DNA of 64,000 nucleotides from Octopus sinensis (lineage: Eukaryota). Both the position numbers and the translations under genes were made by a program. The stretch spans positions 141,236,001-141,300,000 of the forward strand of contig NC_042999.1 in the NCBI RefSeq assembly GCF_006345805.1, read 5' to 3'. Below the pieces are notes generated by a model, which worked only from the letters and a program-made list of their open reading frames with translations, was not told the DNA's origin and ran no database searches. This document shows positions 11,922-23,902 of the stretch, in pieces; positions within the stretch are counted from its first letter, which is position 1, and each line of letters starts with the position of its first letter.

Positions 11922-13377
11922 CCCTTTAACATTCACATTATTCTGTCAAAAGTAATGCTTATTTATTCTCATTGTTTTGAATTAATCTTGCATTATCTTG
12001 TAGCGTTGAGATTTTGAAGAGGTAATTGTTAACTTCAGAATGATACTAGACTGCCCATGACCAATTAGGTCACCTGGAAAGTCTGAGTTTCCCAGCAACG
12101 AAATTTTGTTTCATGGGTTTTTTTATCTCTTTCGCATGCTTTCAATGAATGTAACATCAAAATCATGGATAAACAACTCCTTTCTCCAGAAAAGGAAAGA
12201 TTTGGCTACTATTTCTTGCATACCCTGATACCACATAACAGGTATTTCAGGTCCTTTATCACAAATAGCAGTTACATGGTAGCAGGGTGTGCTAGAAGTA
12301 GCAGCCAAATCTTTGGAGCTGAGATACGTTGAATGCACTCCAAAAAAGGTTTGTAATGGTATTCCATTAGAGTGATCTTTCACTTTGACTCTCACAACTG
12401 TCATCCAGATCAGCTGGTTTTGTTCGTCAACTTCCATAAATAATTTTTATTTATTTACTTTTGTTTTAAAGTGAAAGTTGTATGAAAGTGTGTGTGTGAG
12501 AGAGAGAGAGAGAGAGACACTTACACATACATGAGAACTCTCTCTCTCCCACACATGCACACGTACATACAAAAAAGATGTACTCATATGTATTGATGTA
12601 TGTACGTATACATGACAACACACCCCCTTCACTCTCTCTCTCTTCTCTCTCTCTCTCTTCCTCTTTCTTTCTCTCTCTCTTTCTCTCTCTCTCTTCTCTC
12701 TCTCTCTTCCTCTCTCTTTCTCTTTCACACACACACATCCATTTCATATACACGTACATACATCTTTTACTTTCTCCTCTCTTTCACTTTAAAACAAAAG
12801 TAAATTAATTAAAAAAATTTTACAGAAATTAATAGCTTGAAAATAATTTTAAAAAAACATTAAAATATTGTCTGTTTAAAGAAAGTTAAAATATAAATAC
12901 TTACTGTTCAAACAACTTACATTTTTTAAATTACATTCAGGCAAAAATATTTCTAAATGATTAAAATATTGTGTACGTCAAAAAGTCGATGTTCTTTTTT
13001 TTTAGAGAGTGCTATGTGTGTGTATATGTCCCAGATAGTGGACGTGTGTTTGTGTTGATTGACTGCCATGACATTCATTATATGTGTGTATATGTATGTG
13101 TGTTGATGTCACAGAAGCCACGTTTTTTTTTTTTTTGTCAAGAAATAACAAACAAAAATGTGTACTGCACTGCTGAAGGTAAGTATGAAAACAAATATGC
13201 AAAAAAAAAAAGATAAAATATACTATTTCTGAGATATTTTGGGTACAAACAAACATCTCTAGAGTTTTAGCATTATTCAGATTGTAAAGTTGGTGTGAGA
13301 GGCCACCATATGGCCAGTTTGAATATAAAATAGGTCTAATATTTTGGCTGGATATAGCCAGTTTAAATGCTAATGGG
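11922..13377 (+). mobile_element. piggyBac-type MITE (family A) split by a Helitron
   Basis: Left half 11922-12045 and right half 13282-13377 rejoin to the intact copy pattern (agaatga.a|ttgta); TTAA at both outer ends. Confidence 0.85.
12046..13281 (-). mobile_element. Non-autonomous Helitron
   Basis: Minus strand: A|TC 5' end (TCTGAATAATGCTAAAACTCTAGAGATGTTTGTTTG), 3' hairpin TGACC-taatt-GGTCA then CTAG|T; no target duplication. Confidence 0.85.
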
Positions 13378-15050
13378 TTAATATAATGAAACCAGAACTA
13401 AATACTGCTCCTTATAATCCCCATCACCATTGTCACCACTATGATTTTTAGTACCATTAAATTATTTTCTATAATGGTACCAAAAGAAGGGTTTTTTTTG
13501 TTGCCTTTCCACCTAAACATGAAGTTTAGGATTTCATAGTGGGTAAAGATGAGATCTGCAATACTGAATGACCTTCCAAAAATTATCATTTATGTACATG
13601 AACTAGCTACAGCTAAGTAAGTCTCTTAGTTGTTGCCATCTCTTAATGATTTGAGTTCTTAGCTGCACTTATGTTACTAATGTTCTTGAGATAGGCATGG
13701 ACATCACACAGTCTTTTGCTTGGGTGTGTGTAAGAGAATGTGTGTGTGGGAAATATATGAAATACTGAAAGTGATAGAGAAAGAGGGAGAGATATGTATT
13801 ATGTATGAAATATATGAAATAAAGAGAAAGAACTAGAGAAGGAGAAATAAAGTGTATGTGTATACAAATATGTGTGATGGGTGACAATACAAGTCAAGTA
13901 TTGTGTGTGTATGAATGCAGACATAATGCTTCTGTATGTTTGGCATACAGAAGCAGTAAATGTAAAAGATAGAGAAAATGCAAACGAGGAGGGGAGAGAA
14001 ACATTATCTGAACAAGAATGAGAGAAAAGCAGAATGTGTGTGGAATAGGAAGAAAGTGATAGCATAAAAGAAGGATACAGAAAGAAAATGAAATGTGTGC
14101 TAGAGAGAGATATGTTAAGGGCTATAGAAAGTAAGGAGAAAAAGAATGTATATATGGAAGGGTATAGAAAAGAATGAGTTGTGTGTGTGTGTGTGTGTTC
14201 AGATGTAATTGAAGAGAGTATGTGCATGTAATTAGACATATATTTGCTCAAACTAATTAGACATAAATTTATTCATAACTGTTATTGAAATTTGTAGAGC
14301 AATAATTGTACAGAGTTACATGATAAACTTCAAAAAGTTTTGCTTATTTCATTTTTCCACTTACAGAGGGAATTTTCAAAATACCTTTTTAGACCAATGC
14401 AAGCATGGCAGTGTGATTTAGAAGCTCGGTTTGCAATCATATGGTTTCAGATCCACTGCATGGTACCTAGGATGAGTGCCTTCTACTATAGCCCCTAGCC
14501 AATAAAATTGCTTTTGAAATTGTGAATGAATTTAGCAAAAAGAAACTGTGTGGAAGCCTGTCATACATATATATATGTCTGTGTATGTGTGCTTGTCCTT
14601 GTATTTGTTCCTACCACCAATTGATAAAGGGTGTTGGTTTGTTTATGTCCCCATAACTTGGCAGTTCAGCAAAAGAGAATAAGAATCAGACTTAAAAATA
14701 TATACAGAGGTTGGTTTATTTAATTAAACCTTCCAAGACAGTGCCCCAGCATGGCCACAATCTAATGACTAAAAAAAGTGAAAGAGAAGATAAAAGGTAA
14801 CTTTTTTTTATTTGTTTGCAAACCTCCAACTTTTCAAGATTATTATTTACACAACAAAGTACACTCATCTAAATGGGAATTTCTAATCATCATTATGGGT
14901 TTCATAGCAGTTACCCATAAATGTTCTTTTCCTTCACTGATTTTGTATAAAATACTCACATCTGCTTGACATCTGAACTCCAAAATGATACATATGTCTG
15001 TATATAAGAGAGTGAATCTACATAAGTCTGTATATGAGGGAGTGAGTGTG

Positions 15051-15081
<31 letters not shown>

Positions 15082-15239
15082 TTGTATTCATGTGTAAATG
15101 TGCATGTGTGTGCATGTTTATAGATGATATGAAGTGTCAGGTGAGGAAATGTGTGGTTTTGATATTCAGTGTCTGTATGTTTCTGTCTGTTTCAGATGAA
15201 TGGAATGAGTTTTTGTGTGTGTGCATTTATGTGTGTGTA

Positions 15240-15298
15240 AATGTATGTATATAAGTATATGTATGCATATAAGTGTATAGATATCTATATATGTATAC

Positions 15299-15378
<80 letters not shown>

Positions 15379-15514
15379 ATCTGTGCATATATATATATAG
15401 ATATGTGTGTATATATATATATAGATATATATGTATGCATGTATATATATATATATATATATATGCATATATATATAGATATGTGTGTATATATATATAG
15501 ATATATATGTATGC

Positions 15515-15603
<89 letters not shown>

Positions 15604-15630
15604 CATGTATATATATATATATATGTATGC

Positions 15631-15673
<43 letters not shown>

Positions 15674-15759
15674 TATATATATAGATATGTGTGTATATAT
15701 ATATATAGATATATATGTATGCATGTATATATATATATATATTATATATATATATATGC

Positions 15760-15808
<49 letters not shown>

Positions 15809-15835
15809 CATGTATATATATATATATATATATGC

Positions 15836-15881
<46 letters not shown>

Positions 15882-15980
15882 GTGTATGTATATATATATA
15901 TATATGCATGTATGTTATATATAAACACAAATACATATGTTTACATACACACACACATACATGTGTGTGTGTGTGTGCAT
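15240..15980. repeat. Compound (TA)n microsatellite with higher-order units
   Basis: TA runs punctuated by recurring GCATGTAT and AGATATGTGTGT; source of the spurious IY-rich ORFs. Confidence 0.95.
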
Positions 15981-17711
15981 AAATGTGTGAGTGTACATGT
16001 GTATGTGAGTGTATGTAGATATGAGAAATACACAAAAGATGAGAAATATAGAAATGATTGTTTTTATCATGTTGGTGATGATCGTTGGTGTTTTTGTCGT
16101 TGTTGTGGTGGTGGTACTGCTGCTGCTTCTGACAGTGGCAGTGGTGGCACTAGTGGCAGCAGCAGTGGTGGCGAAACAATGACAGTGAAGATGTCTGAAC
16201 AAATCCTGTCTATAAATGGCTGAAAGTGATTACATATATAATGTCTAAATGTGAAACTATCCTGAGTTATAATTAAATTTACCCACTTGTCTACAGTCTT
16301 ATCACCTGTCTATCTATCTAACACCACTACCATCACCATCAACCACAACCTCACAGATTCCAGCCTCCACCCTCTTGACACAACTTCTGTTCTAGAACTC
16401 TCCAACACTTCTAAAGGAATATTTTTTTCTTGTTACTCAATACAGAAATAAATTAAATGCAGTTTCATGGCTGACTGTTCACTTGTAAACTTTTTACTTT
16501 ACTCTATATTTTGAATGACTTTTCCTTTATTATTTTTTCTTTTTTCTTCTAGTTTTTTATTATTATTATTGTCTAGGAAGAGGTTCCTTTTTTATGTTAT
16601 CTGTTTGATCATAATTGTTAGTCTAAGAAGTGCCCATAGCTCTTTTAGATTTATTAAAACAATTGTATATGTAAGACACATTTGGACGTTTCTACAGTAT
16701 TCTGTATCCTATAAACTAGCTTATTGTTGGTGTCTGTGGCAAAGACCATTCAAGTCTCAGTAGATCTTAACTGTTAACCACACAGTATTTCAGGTTGCTC
16801 ACTACAGTGGGAACACTATCAAATAACCTACTGTTTTATTAGCTTGCTGTGTTGATCTTAACTTCTTTGGGTATAGCTGTGTGAGTTTTCAGCAGTACTC
16901 TGACACCACCAACATATAATAGAACTCATGCGATTAATGTATAGAATTAAAGGAGTAAAATTAGTACGAATAATATTCAATTTGCAGTATTGATAGTTAT
17001 TTGGTTATTGAATGGAAGGTCAGAAAATGTATAGAGGGATGTAATCTAGGAAGATTAAAGGAAATATGTAGATAAGAAGGATCAGAAGATGAAATGGGTA
17101 CAGCAAGTTGATAATATTCCACTGAACTATCTGTTTCATTCATAGTATTTGTTGATAAAACTGTAGGGGACATGGTGTTAGTGGTGGTTGTACATTTTGT
17201 AGTGGCTAAAATAGTGGTGGTTCTGCTATAAGGGCTTAGTAATAATAATTATGACAGTTATGATGTTCAGCATTACAACAGCAGTAATTCTGTTTCTTTT
17301 GTTGTTGGTGACATTGGCATCTGTGGCATGTAGTGGTTTTGGCGACAGTTACTATTTGTATCTTGTTAGTTGAATGCTGTTAGCTTTCAATCTCACCATG
17401 GAAGTAACTTAGAAGAAGAATGAGCCAAAAAATATTAATCTTTCAAAACCACATGGATCTATAGAGTCAGTACTTGGTTCTAGCTTTCAAAGCATTAATC
17501 AGATGAAAGATAAATCTCCAGCCAGTTAGAAGACTGGTTGAATACAGTTAGCTTACCCTCAGTTGGTGGTATTGAACTCAGTACTAAAAGCTAATGAAAT
17601 ACTGGTGCTACTAACTGTCGTTATAATTCCTATTAAGAAGTAGATGTCTTGGGTATGGAGTCATTAAAGGAAATATGTAGATAAGAAGGATCAGAAGATG
17701 AAATGGGTACA

Positions 17712-19150
17712 CACACACTGTCTTGCAACACGAAATATCTCAAGCCTTTGGTCCTCATGGCACAGAACAATGGCAAATTTTTTCTTATCTGCTTCCCCTC
17801 TGGCTAAATAAACCTGTCTCCTAGCTTCCTTTCTGGCAGTCTGATACAATTCCCTGCTACCACCATTCTTCCAGTGCTTCCAAGCCTGTTTCTTTTCTCT
17901 TGGTTGAGAGGGAACTTTGCACCATCTACAGATCTGGTCAGTGGCTCTCAGCAGGTTGTCCCGTAGAAACCTCCAGTGGTCTTCCACATCATGTGATGCT
18001 ATATTCCCTTCTATTTCGTCAAAGGCTTCGAGTAATACATCTCTAAATCTCTGTCCATTTGCAGGATCTTTAAGCTTCCAGACCCTTCTCCTCTATGCTG
18101 GTCTTCTTCTGGGCATCCATTTAGTCCTGATTCTGAAGTCGCTAACTACTAGCCTATGTTGTGGGGTACATTCTTCACCTGGGAAGGTTTTGGCATTTAT
18201 AAGCAGCCATCTTTCCCTTTTTCTGGCAAGGATGTAGTCAGTTTGGCTAGTGTGTCTGCCAGAATGGTAGGTGACTAGGTGACTGGCAGGTTTCCTGAAG
18301 TTAGTATTGCAAACTCCAGCAGCCTGGTACCCTCCTCATTAAGGGAACCAAAACCATAGCCTCCATTTATGCCATGGAAGGCCCCTGCATGTTGTCCAAC
18401 ATGTCCACTAAAGTCACCAGTCACAAAGAGAAGGTCCCTGTCATTTGTCAATGAGGCAGTCTGCAAGAGGGTGTCATAAAATAGGTCTTTCTGTCCATCA
18501 GGTATCCTGGCTGAGGGGCATAGGCCAAGATAATGGTTGCTAATCCATGATGTAGCACTAATCTTTTCTTAAGTATTCTATCGCATACTCTGACTACCTC
18601 AATTACCTTATCAACTCATTTCTCCGTAAGAAGTATGCCCACGCCCCTGACCCCATCAGTGTTCTCTGCCCAGAAAATCTTGTACCTGTGTTCTTTGCCT
18701 GTGAGGAACCTAGCGGAACCTCCTCTCCACCTTACTTCTTGGGGGCAGTACAAATCTACACATTTCCATTCAAGCATCTCAACAATCTCACCAGACCTAC
18801 CTTTCAGTGTGCCCACGTTGAGTGTGCCAACTCTGAGGGTATGGTAGGTGTGGGCCCATAAGACTCTGGGATGGTGGACAGCAGCATCATGTACCTGAAA
18901 AGAAAGCTCACATTTGGCAGAATTCATAAACAAACAATTGCCTTCAACCTGCATACACTACACCATCATTTTTATGCAATATATGATCACTACCTTACAT
19001 AGGATATAAACCCTAAGTAGGGGTGGGGATGGCGTTAAGCCTTTAGAAGTGTTCATGGGAGACAACCAAAGGAGGACAGAGGATACAGACTTCTTGTACA
19101 GGTGGAGAGGGTGGGAGGGCGAGCGTACCATGAGATAGCAAAATTAGATG
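17712..19150 (-). mobile_element. RTE-like LINE, 5' part with AP endonuclease domain, 3' truncated
   Basis: LRVGTLNVGTL...QEVRWRG...GVGILL; VTGDFSGHVG...GYGFGSLNEEGTRLLEF; IDYIL-like segment; stops and frameshifts. Confidence 0.9.
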
Positions 19151-19249
19151 AGAGTATCTTGTGGGTTCATATTCTTTCGGGGGTAGTTATTAAAATGGAG
19201 AAGGGGAATCTGAGTGCATGCGCTAGTTTATATAGGGTGGGGTGGTGAT

Positions 19250-19356
19250 GCTGGAGGAGGGGGAAGTGGTGGTGGTGGTGGTGGAGGAGGGGGGAATGGT
19301 GGAGGAGGGGGGAATGGTGGAGGAGGGGGGAATGGTGGAGGAGGGGGAAGTGGTGG
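19250..19356 (+). repeat. G-rich minisatellite (GGAGGAGGGGGGAATGGT)n
   Basis: About four to five 18-bp units. Confidence 0.9.
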
Positions 19357-20249
19357 CAAAGCAAGTGAAAATCGAAACAGAGAGAAAGAGACAGAGTGAA
19401 GCACAGAGAGAGGGGGACCAGAGTCAGGAGAACACGAGGGCAAAAACTATTCTTTTGGAATTTTGAGTAACATAATTTCATGAAACAGCAAATGCTGATA
19501 ATAGTGAAATAGAATTGAAAAATTTTAGAATTTTCGGTCAGCTAATCTGACAAGATTAGAGAAATAAGTGATGATGTGACAAACTTGAATAAATGAATAG
19601 GTGATGAATAGCGAGTATGCATGAAGGAACTTAAGTTTGTCTTAAGACAACAGCAAGGAAGACGAAACTATGTGGACGGCTGATGCCAACACAATTTTTT
19701 AAGTCTCATAGATTGTTAGTTTCCTAGGGATCTGGTCAAAAAATTTGTCAGTACCTTTCTTGATCATACCCAGGGTACCTACAACAACAGGAATGGTTTT
19801 GGTTTATATAATTGCCATGTCTTATTCATCATCATCATCAACATTTAACGTTCGTTGTCCATGCTGGCATGGGTTGGATGGTTTGGCTGGGCTGGCATGC
19901 TGGAAGGCTGCACCAGACTCCAGTCTGATTTGGCATGGTTTTCTACAGCTGAATGCCATTCCTAATGCCAACCACTCTGAGAGTGTAATGGGTGCTTTTA
20001 TGTGCCATTGGCATGGGTGCCATTTGCATGACAACAGGGTGCATTTACATGCCACCAGCACAGGTGCCAATTTGCATGACACGACTGCAATTTTGCTCGG
20101 CTTGATGGGTCTTCTTCTCAAGCACAATATAATGCCAAAGGTCTTGGTTATTGCCTCTGTGTGGCCAGTCATTGTCTCCGTGAAGCTCAAAGTTCGAAGA
20201 TCATGCTTGTCCCATGTCTTCCTGGGTTTACCTCTATCATGGAATTTTT

Positions 20250-20450
20250 AACACAACAGGCAAAATGCTTAATGGTATTTCATCTGTCTTTACATCCTGG
20301 GTTCAAATTCCATCAAGATCAACTTTGCCTTTCTTTTTGCGATTGATAAATTAAGTACCAATGAAACACTGAGGTTGATGTAATTGACTAGTCCACTCCT
20401 CCAAAATTTCAGGCTCTCTAGCCTATAGTAGATAGGATTATTATTATCAT
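20250..20450 (+). mobile_element. tRNA-derived SINE with Deu/Nin-like core (family N)
   Basis: gggttcaaattcc B-box, actttgccttt...gataaattaagtacc core, ATT tail. Confidence 0.7.
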
Positions 20451-20465
20451 TATTTTACTTTTCAG

Positions 20466-20673
20466 CCTTGTGCAGGTAACCATTGCCAATCACCAAACAA
20501 AAAGCCAATGTTTTATTCGATCAAGGAGAGCATCAGAGAGTGACACAATGGAAGAATGTTTGGCAGGTATTAAGAATGATAATGTACCTAATACTACTAA
20601 TGCTACTACAGTGTTTTCTGGACCAGTAGATATCATCCAACTCTTATGTAAGGCTCAATACAAATACAACCAG
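20466..20673 (+). CDS. DCP1: DCP1 internal exon with conserved motif VDIIQLLCKAQYKYNQ
   Basis: tttcag|C CTT GTG CAG...AAC CAG|gtcagt; 208 nt, phase 2 to 0, fits neighbours; motif resembles vertebrate DCP1 'DILxMLxKAKDEY'. Confidence 0.88.
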
Positions 20674-21100
20674 GTCAGTTTTATTAATTACTGCCACAAC
20701 TACTATCATTACTTTCAGTACTATTATTGTCGCTTTTTTTTACTATTATTGCCATTGATAATACTGTAAATTTTCACTACTGAAATTGTTTGCTAATACT
20801 ATAGTTACAGCAATTACTGCCACTACTATTATTACTATCACTATTTCTACTACTACTCTTATCTCTACTTTAATGCAAAAGGATTCCTACACTGCCCTCT
20901 ATCAAGCTTTATTGTCATGTAAGATTTTACTTCTATTTTTTCCCTTTCTCAATTCTGTTATTTATTTGACCTTTTTTGCTGTTATTGTTTAACTGCAGAT
21001 CAATGCTGACCTTTTGCAAACATATGGTCAAAGGCATTCCAGTAATGACCACTCCAAATTTTGGCAGCATATAGGACTACATTATCTGCCATTAATTTAA

Positions 21101-21321
21101 CCCTTTAGCATTCAGATTACTTTGTTAAATGCAATGTGTTTTTTATCCAAATTGTTTTGAATTAATCATGCATTATCTTATAGCTTTGAGGTTTTGATTA
21201 TGTGATTGTTTATTTTTAGAACAGAAGTCTGGGTTAGGTGTGAGAGGCTAGATAGGGTCAGTTTGAACATAAAACTTGTAGAATATATAGGCCAGATATG
21301 ACCAGTTTAAATGCTAAATGG
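21101..21321 (+). mobile_element. piggyBac-type MITE (family A), intact
   Basis: TTAA|CCCTTTAGCATT...AATGCTAAATGG|TTAA. Confidence 0.85.
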
Positions 21322-21699
21322 TTAAGATGGAAGAGTGTGATTTGAGGATCTTTCATATTTTTTTAACATCATTACATACCTGTTTGCATATCTACAGGGG
21401 TCTAAGCCTTAAAAGATTAAATGTATGAATTTCTTCTAATTCTATTAAATACATTTGTGTGAAGTTGTAACTTATTGCTTTGATCCCAGCAATCGATGAC
21501 TGGTACTTATTTATATTATAAGTTTTTAAAAAAAAGTCATCTCTAGAATTTCAATCAGAATTTTTAGAGATGAAACCAAATTCTATGAAGCATTTAATCC
21601 AACTCAGTTACCATTTCTTCCAAGTTACTACCCCTAATCATGTGTGAATATATATATATAAACACACACACACATACATATATACATACCCTCCAGAAT

Positions 21700-21915
21700 A
21701 TTCTTTTCTACTTTAGACACAAGGCCCAAAATTTTGGGGGAGGGGGCCAGTCAATTAGATCAACCCCAGTACACAACTGTACTTAATTTACCAACCCCAA
21801 CAGGATGATAGGTAAAGTTGACCTCGGCAGAATTTGAACTCAGAACATAAAGACAGATGAAATACCGCTAATTATTTCATCTGGTGTGCTAATGTTTCTG
21901 CCAGCTCGCCACCTT
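21700..21915 (-). mobile_element. tRNA-derived SINE (family N)
   Basis: Reverse complement ggcgagctggcagaaac...ctgagttcaaattctgccgaggtcaacttt..catcct; further copies at 27375-27598 (+), 29070-29250 (-), 36280-36495 (-), 36505-36715 (-), 52180-52395 (+). Confidence 0.8.
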
Positions 21916-22259
21916 ATACCCTCCAGAATATTGTACCACTCTAATTACGTGTGTATGTCTGTCTATATCTTTATGTATGTCTGTGTATGTATGATTAGAT
22001 GAATGAGAGCTGCAGCTCACCAGAAAGTAATGACTTCTTTTCCTTTTTTTTTTCTGCTTACTTAAATGTGAATGGTCCCCATTGTCTTTACAATCCCTCA
22101 AACACTGGTGAGATCAATGATGTTGATGTTCATTCAAACATTGGCCAGAAATATAATGGAGAACAATATTTTTGGCTTTAAGTTACAAAATCTCCCTTCT
22201 CCTTCTTCCCATTAGAAATGCATTGAACTAGTAATTGACCTACTGTAAAACTATAACCA

Positions 22260-22800
22260 ACAATGTTAATGTTTCACCAATTATGATATAAAATAAATGA
22301 ATATGGGAGGTGAATTCCAAAGGTTGATTTCTGGTGAGAGAGGATTGGAAGAGGTCGTTAGTGCAAGGTCTGACTGTGAGATACATGGGGGTGATAAATG
22401 TAAAGACAGACATGTCAGATGAGCTTGGGTGGAGGTGGTATACAAGTGGGGTTCAGACGAGCAGAAACCATTATATTTGTCTTAGTAAGTCTTTGCTAAT
22501 CAGTAAGACAGTCTTCTTTTGTATGGAGCTTGAGATGTCTGTGTGTAACACCAGCGCCATTCCTGATGTGAAAGCAGTATTTATGTCATTGTGGGTCTTT
22601 CTTGAGTTTTCTACACAGTCAGCAATAGATCAGACTGGAAGTATTTTCTGCTCTTAAAGAGGATGGTTAGTCTTTGAGATGCATTTTTAACTCTGTCATA
22701 GTTATGGATGAATGAGCCACCAGAAAAAATCATCAGAGATTGTAAAGCCTAACATTTATAGCAACTTCAGAAATTTCATTGCATGTCATCCAAGATTAGA
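22260..22800 (-). mobile_element. Highly decayed CR1/Jockey-group LINE 3' end
   Basis: Minus-strand remnants of YNGFCSSE...and LWNS.P, typical of the RT C-terminus of this group. Confidence 0.45.
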
Positions 22801-22984
22801 GAAGATATGGTATAAGTGGTTGTTTCTTTCACTTAAGCTATAATTGTGCCAGTGTGCTGTTTAATATTGATTTTTTTTTTAGTTTAGGTTCAAGGCCAAT
22901 TCTTATTGCTTAAAATGAATTCTATATAATGCTAACGCTGATCAGCAACCTGATTATTGAGACACACATGCACATGTGCCTGTA

Positions 22985-23026
<42 letters not shown>

Positions 23027-23201
23027 TAAGTGTGCATGCATGTGTGTGTGTACATGCGCGCTCGCAGTTACAAGCATGGCTCAGCCGCATGGTTTTGGAT
23101 TCAGTCCTACTGCATAATACCTGGTCATATGTTTTCTATTATTGGTCCAGGTTGACCAAAGCCTTGTGAGTGGATTTGGTAGCCAGAAACTAAAAGAAGC
23201 C

Positions 23202-23251
<50 letters not shown>

Positions 23252-23379
23252 TACATACATACATACATAAACACACACACACTTGTATTTATTAGAGACA
23301 TTTCCAATGTAAAGTTGTATCAAGCATTCTTTTATGCACACACATATGGCATATATATATATGTATTCTATGTTTTTAG

Positions 23380-23503
23380 TCACGAGAAATTAAGAAAAAG
23401 CCTGAACCAGTGTCAATGACTGATAGTAACATGGCTGCCAGTTCTAGCTCATTAATTCGACCAACCCCAGTTCGTGTCTTAAATTCAGCTGTTGAAACAG
23501 AAG
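23380..23503 (+). CDS. DCP1: DCP1 internal exon (SREIKKKPEPVSMTDS...LIRPTPVRV)
   Basis: tttttag|TCA CGA...GAA G|gtaagc; 124 nt, phase 0 to 1; EP...LIRPTPV resembles DCP1B 'EP..ITS...LIKPIPV'. Confidence 0.85.
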
Positions 23504-23530
23504 GTAAGCTTTGCTTCACTGTTAAACTTA

Positions 23531-23590
<60 letters not shown>

Positions 23591-23738
23591 AATTTTTTTT
23601 TTTGCTTTCCTCTTTCTTTCCTTTTACGATCCCTTTTGATCGAAAACTAAACCCCCTTTTTTTTATCCCCAAAAAGAAAAGTTCTACCTTGTAATTTGTC
23701 CCGTCTGTGTGCAGCCCTGTGTGGCTAATAAAGAAACA

Positions 23739-23789
<51 letters not shown>

Positions 23790-23869
23790 TTATCTATTTA
23801 TCTATCTATCTATCTATCTATCTGTCTATCTATCTGTTTATCTATCTATCTATCTGTCTAGCTATCTGT

Positions 23870-23902
<33 letters not shown>

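Noticed and set aside
15166-16223. Many long IY/CV-rich ORFs (also near 572-871, 12447-12808, 23707-23961, 58549-58850)
   Set aside because: Translations of stop-free di- and tetranucleotide microsatellites
19214-19466. Poly-Pro / poly-Gly ORFs resembling formin or extensin
   Set aside because: Only an 18-bp G-rich minisatellite; no splice context or flanking domain
19568-19683. Possible box C/D snoRNA (GTGATGA...CTGA) in DCP1 intron
   Set aside because: No terminal stem and no recognisable guide; these motifs are common by chance here
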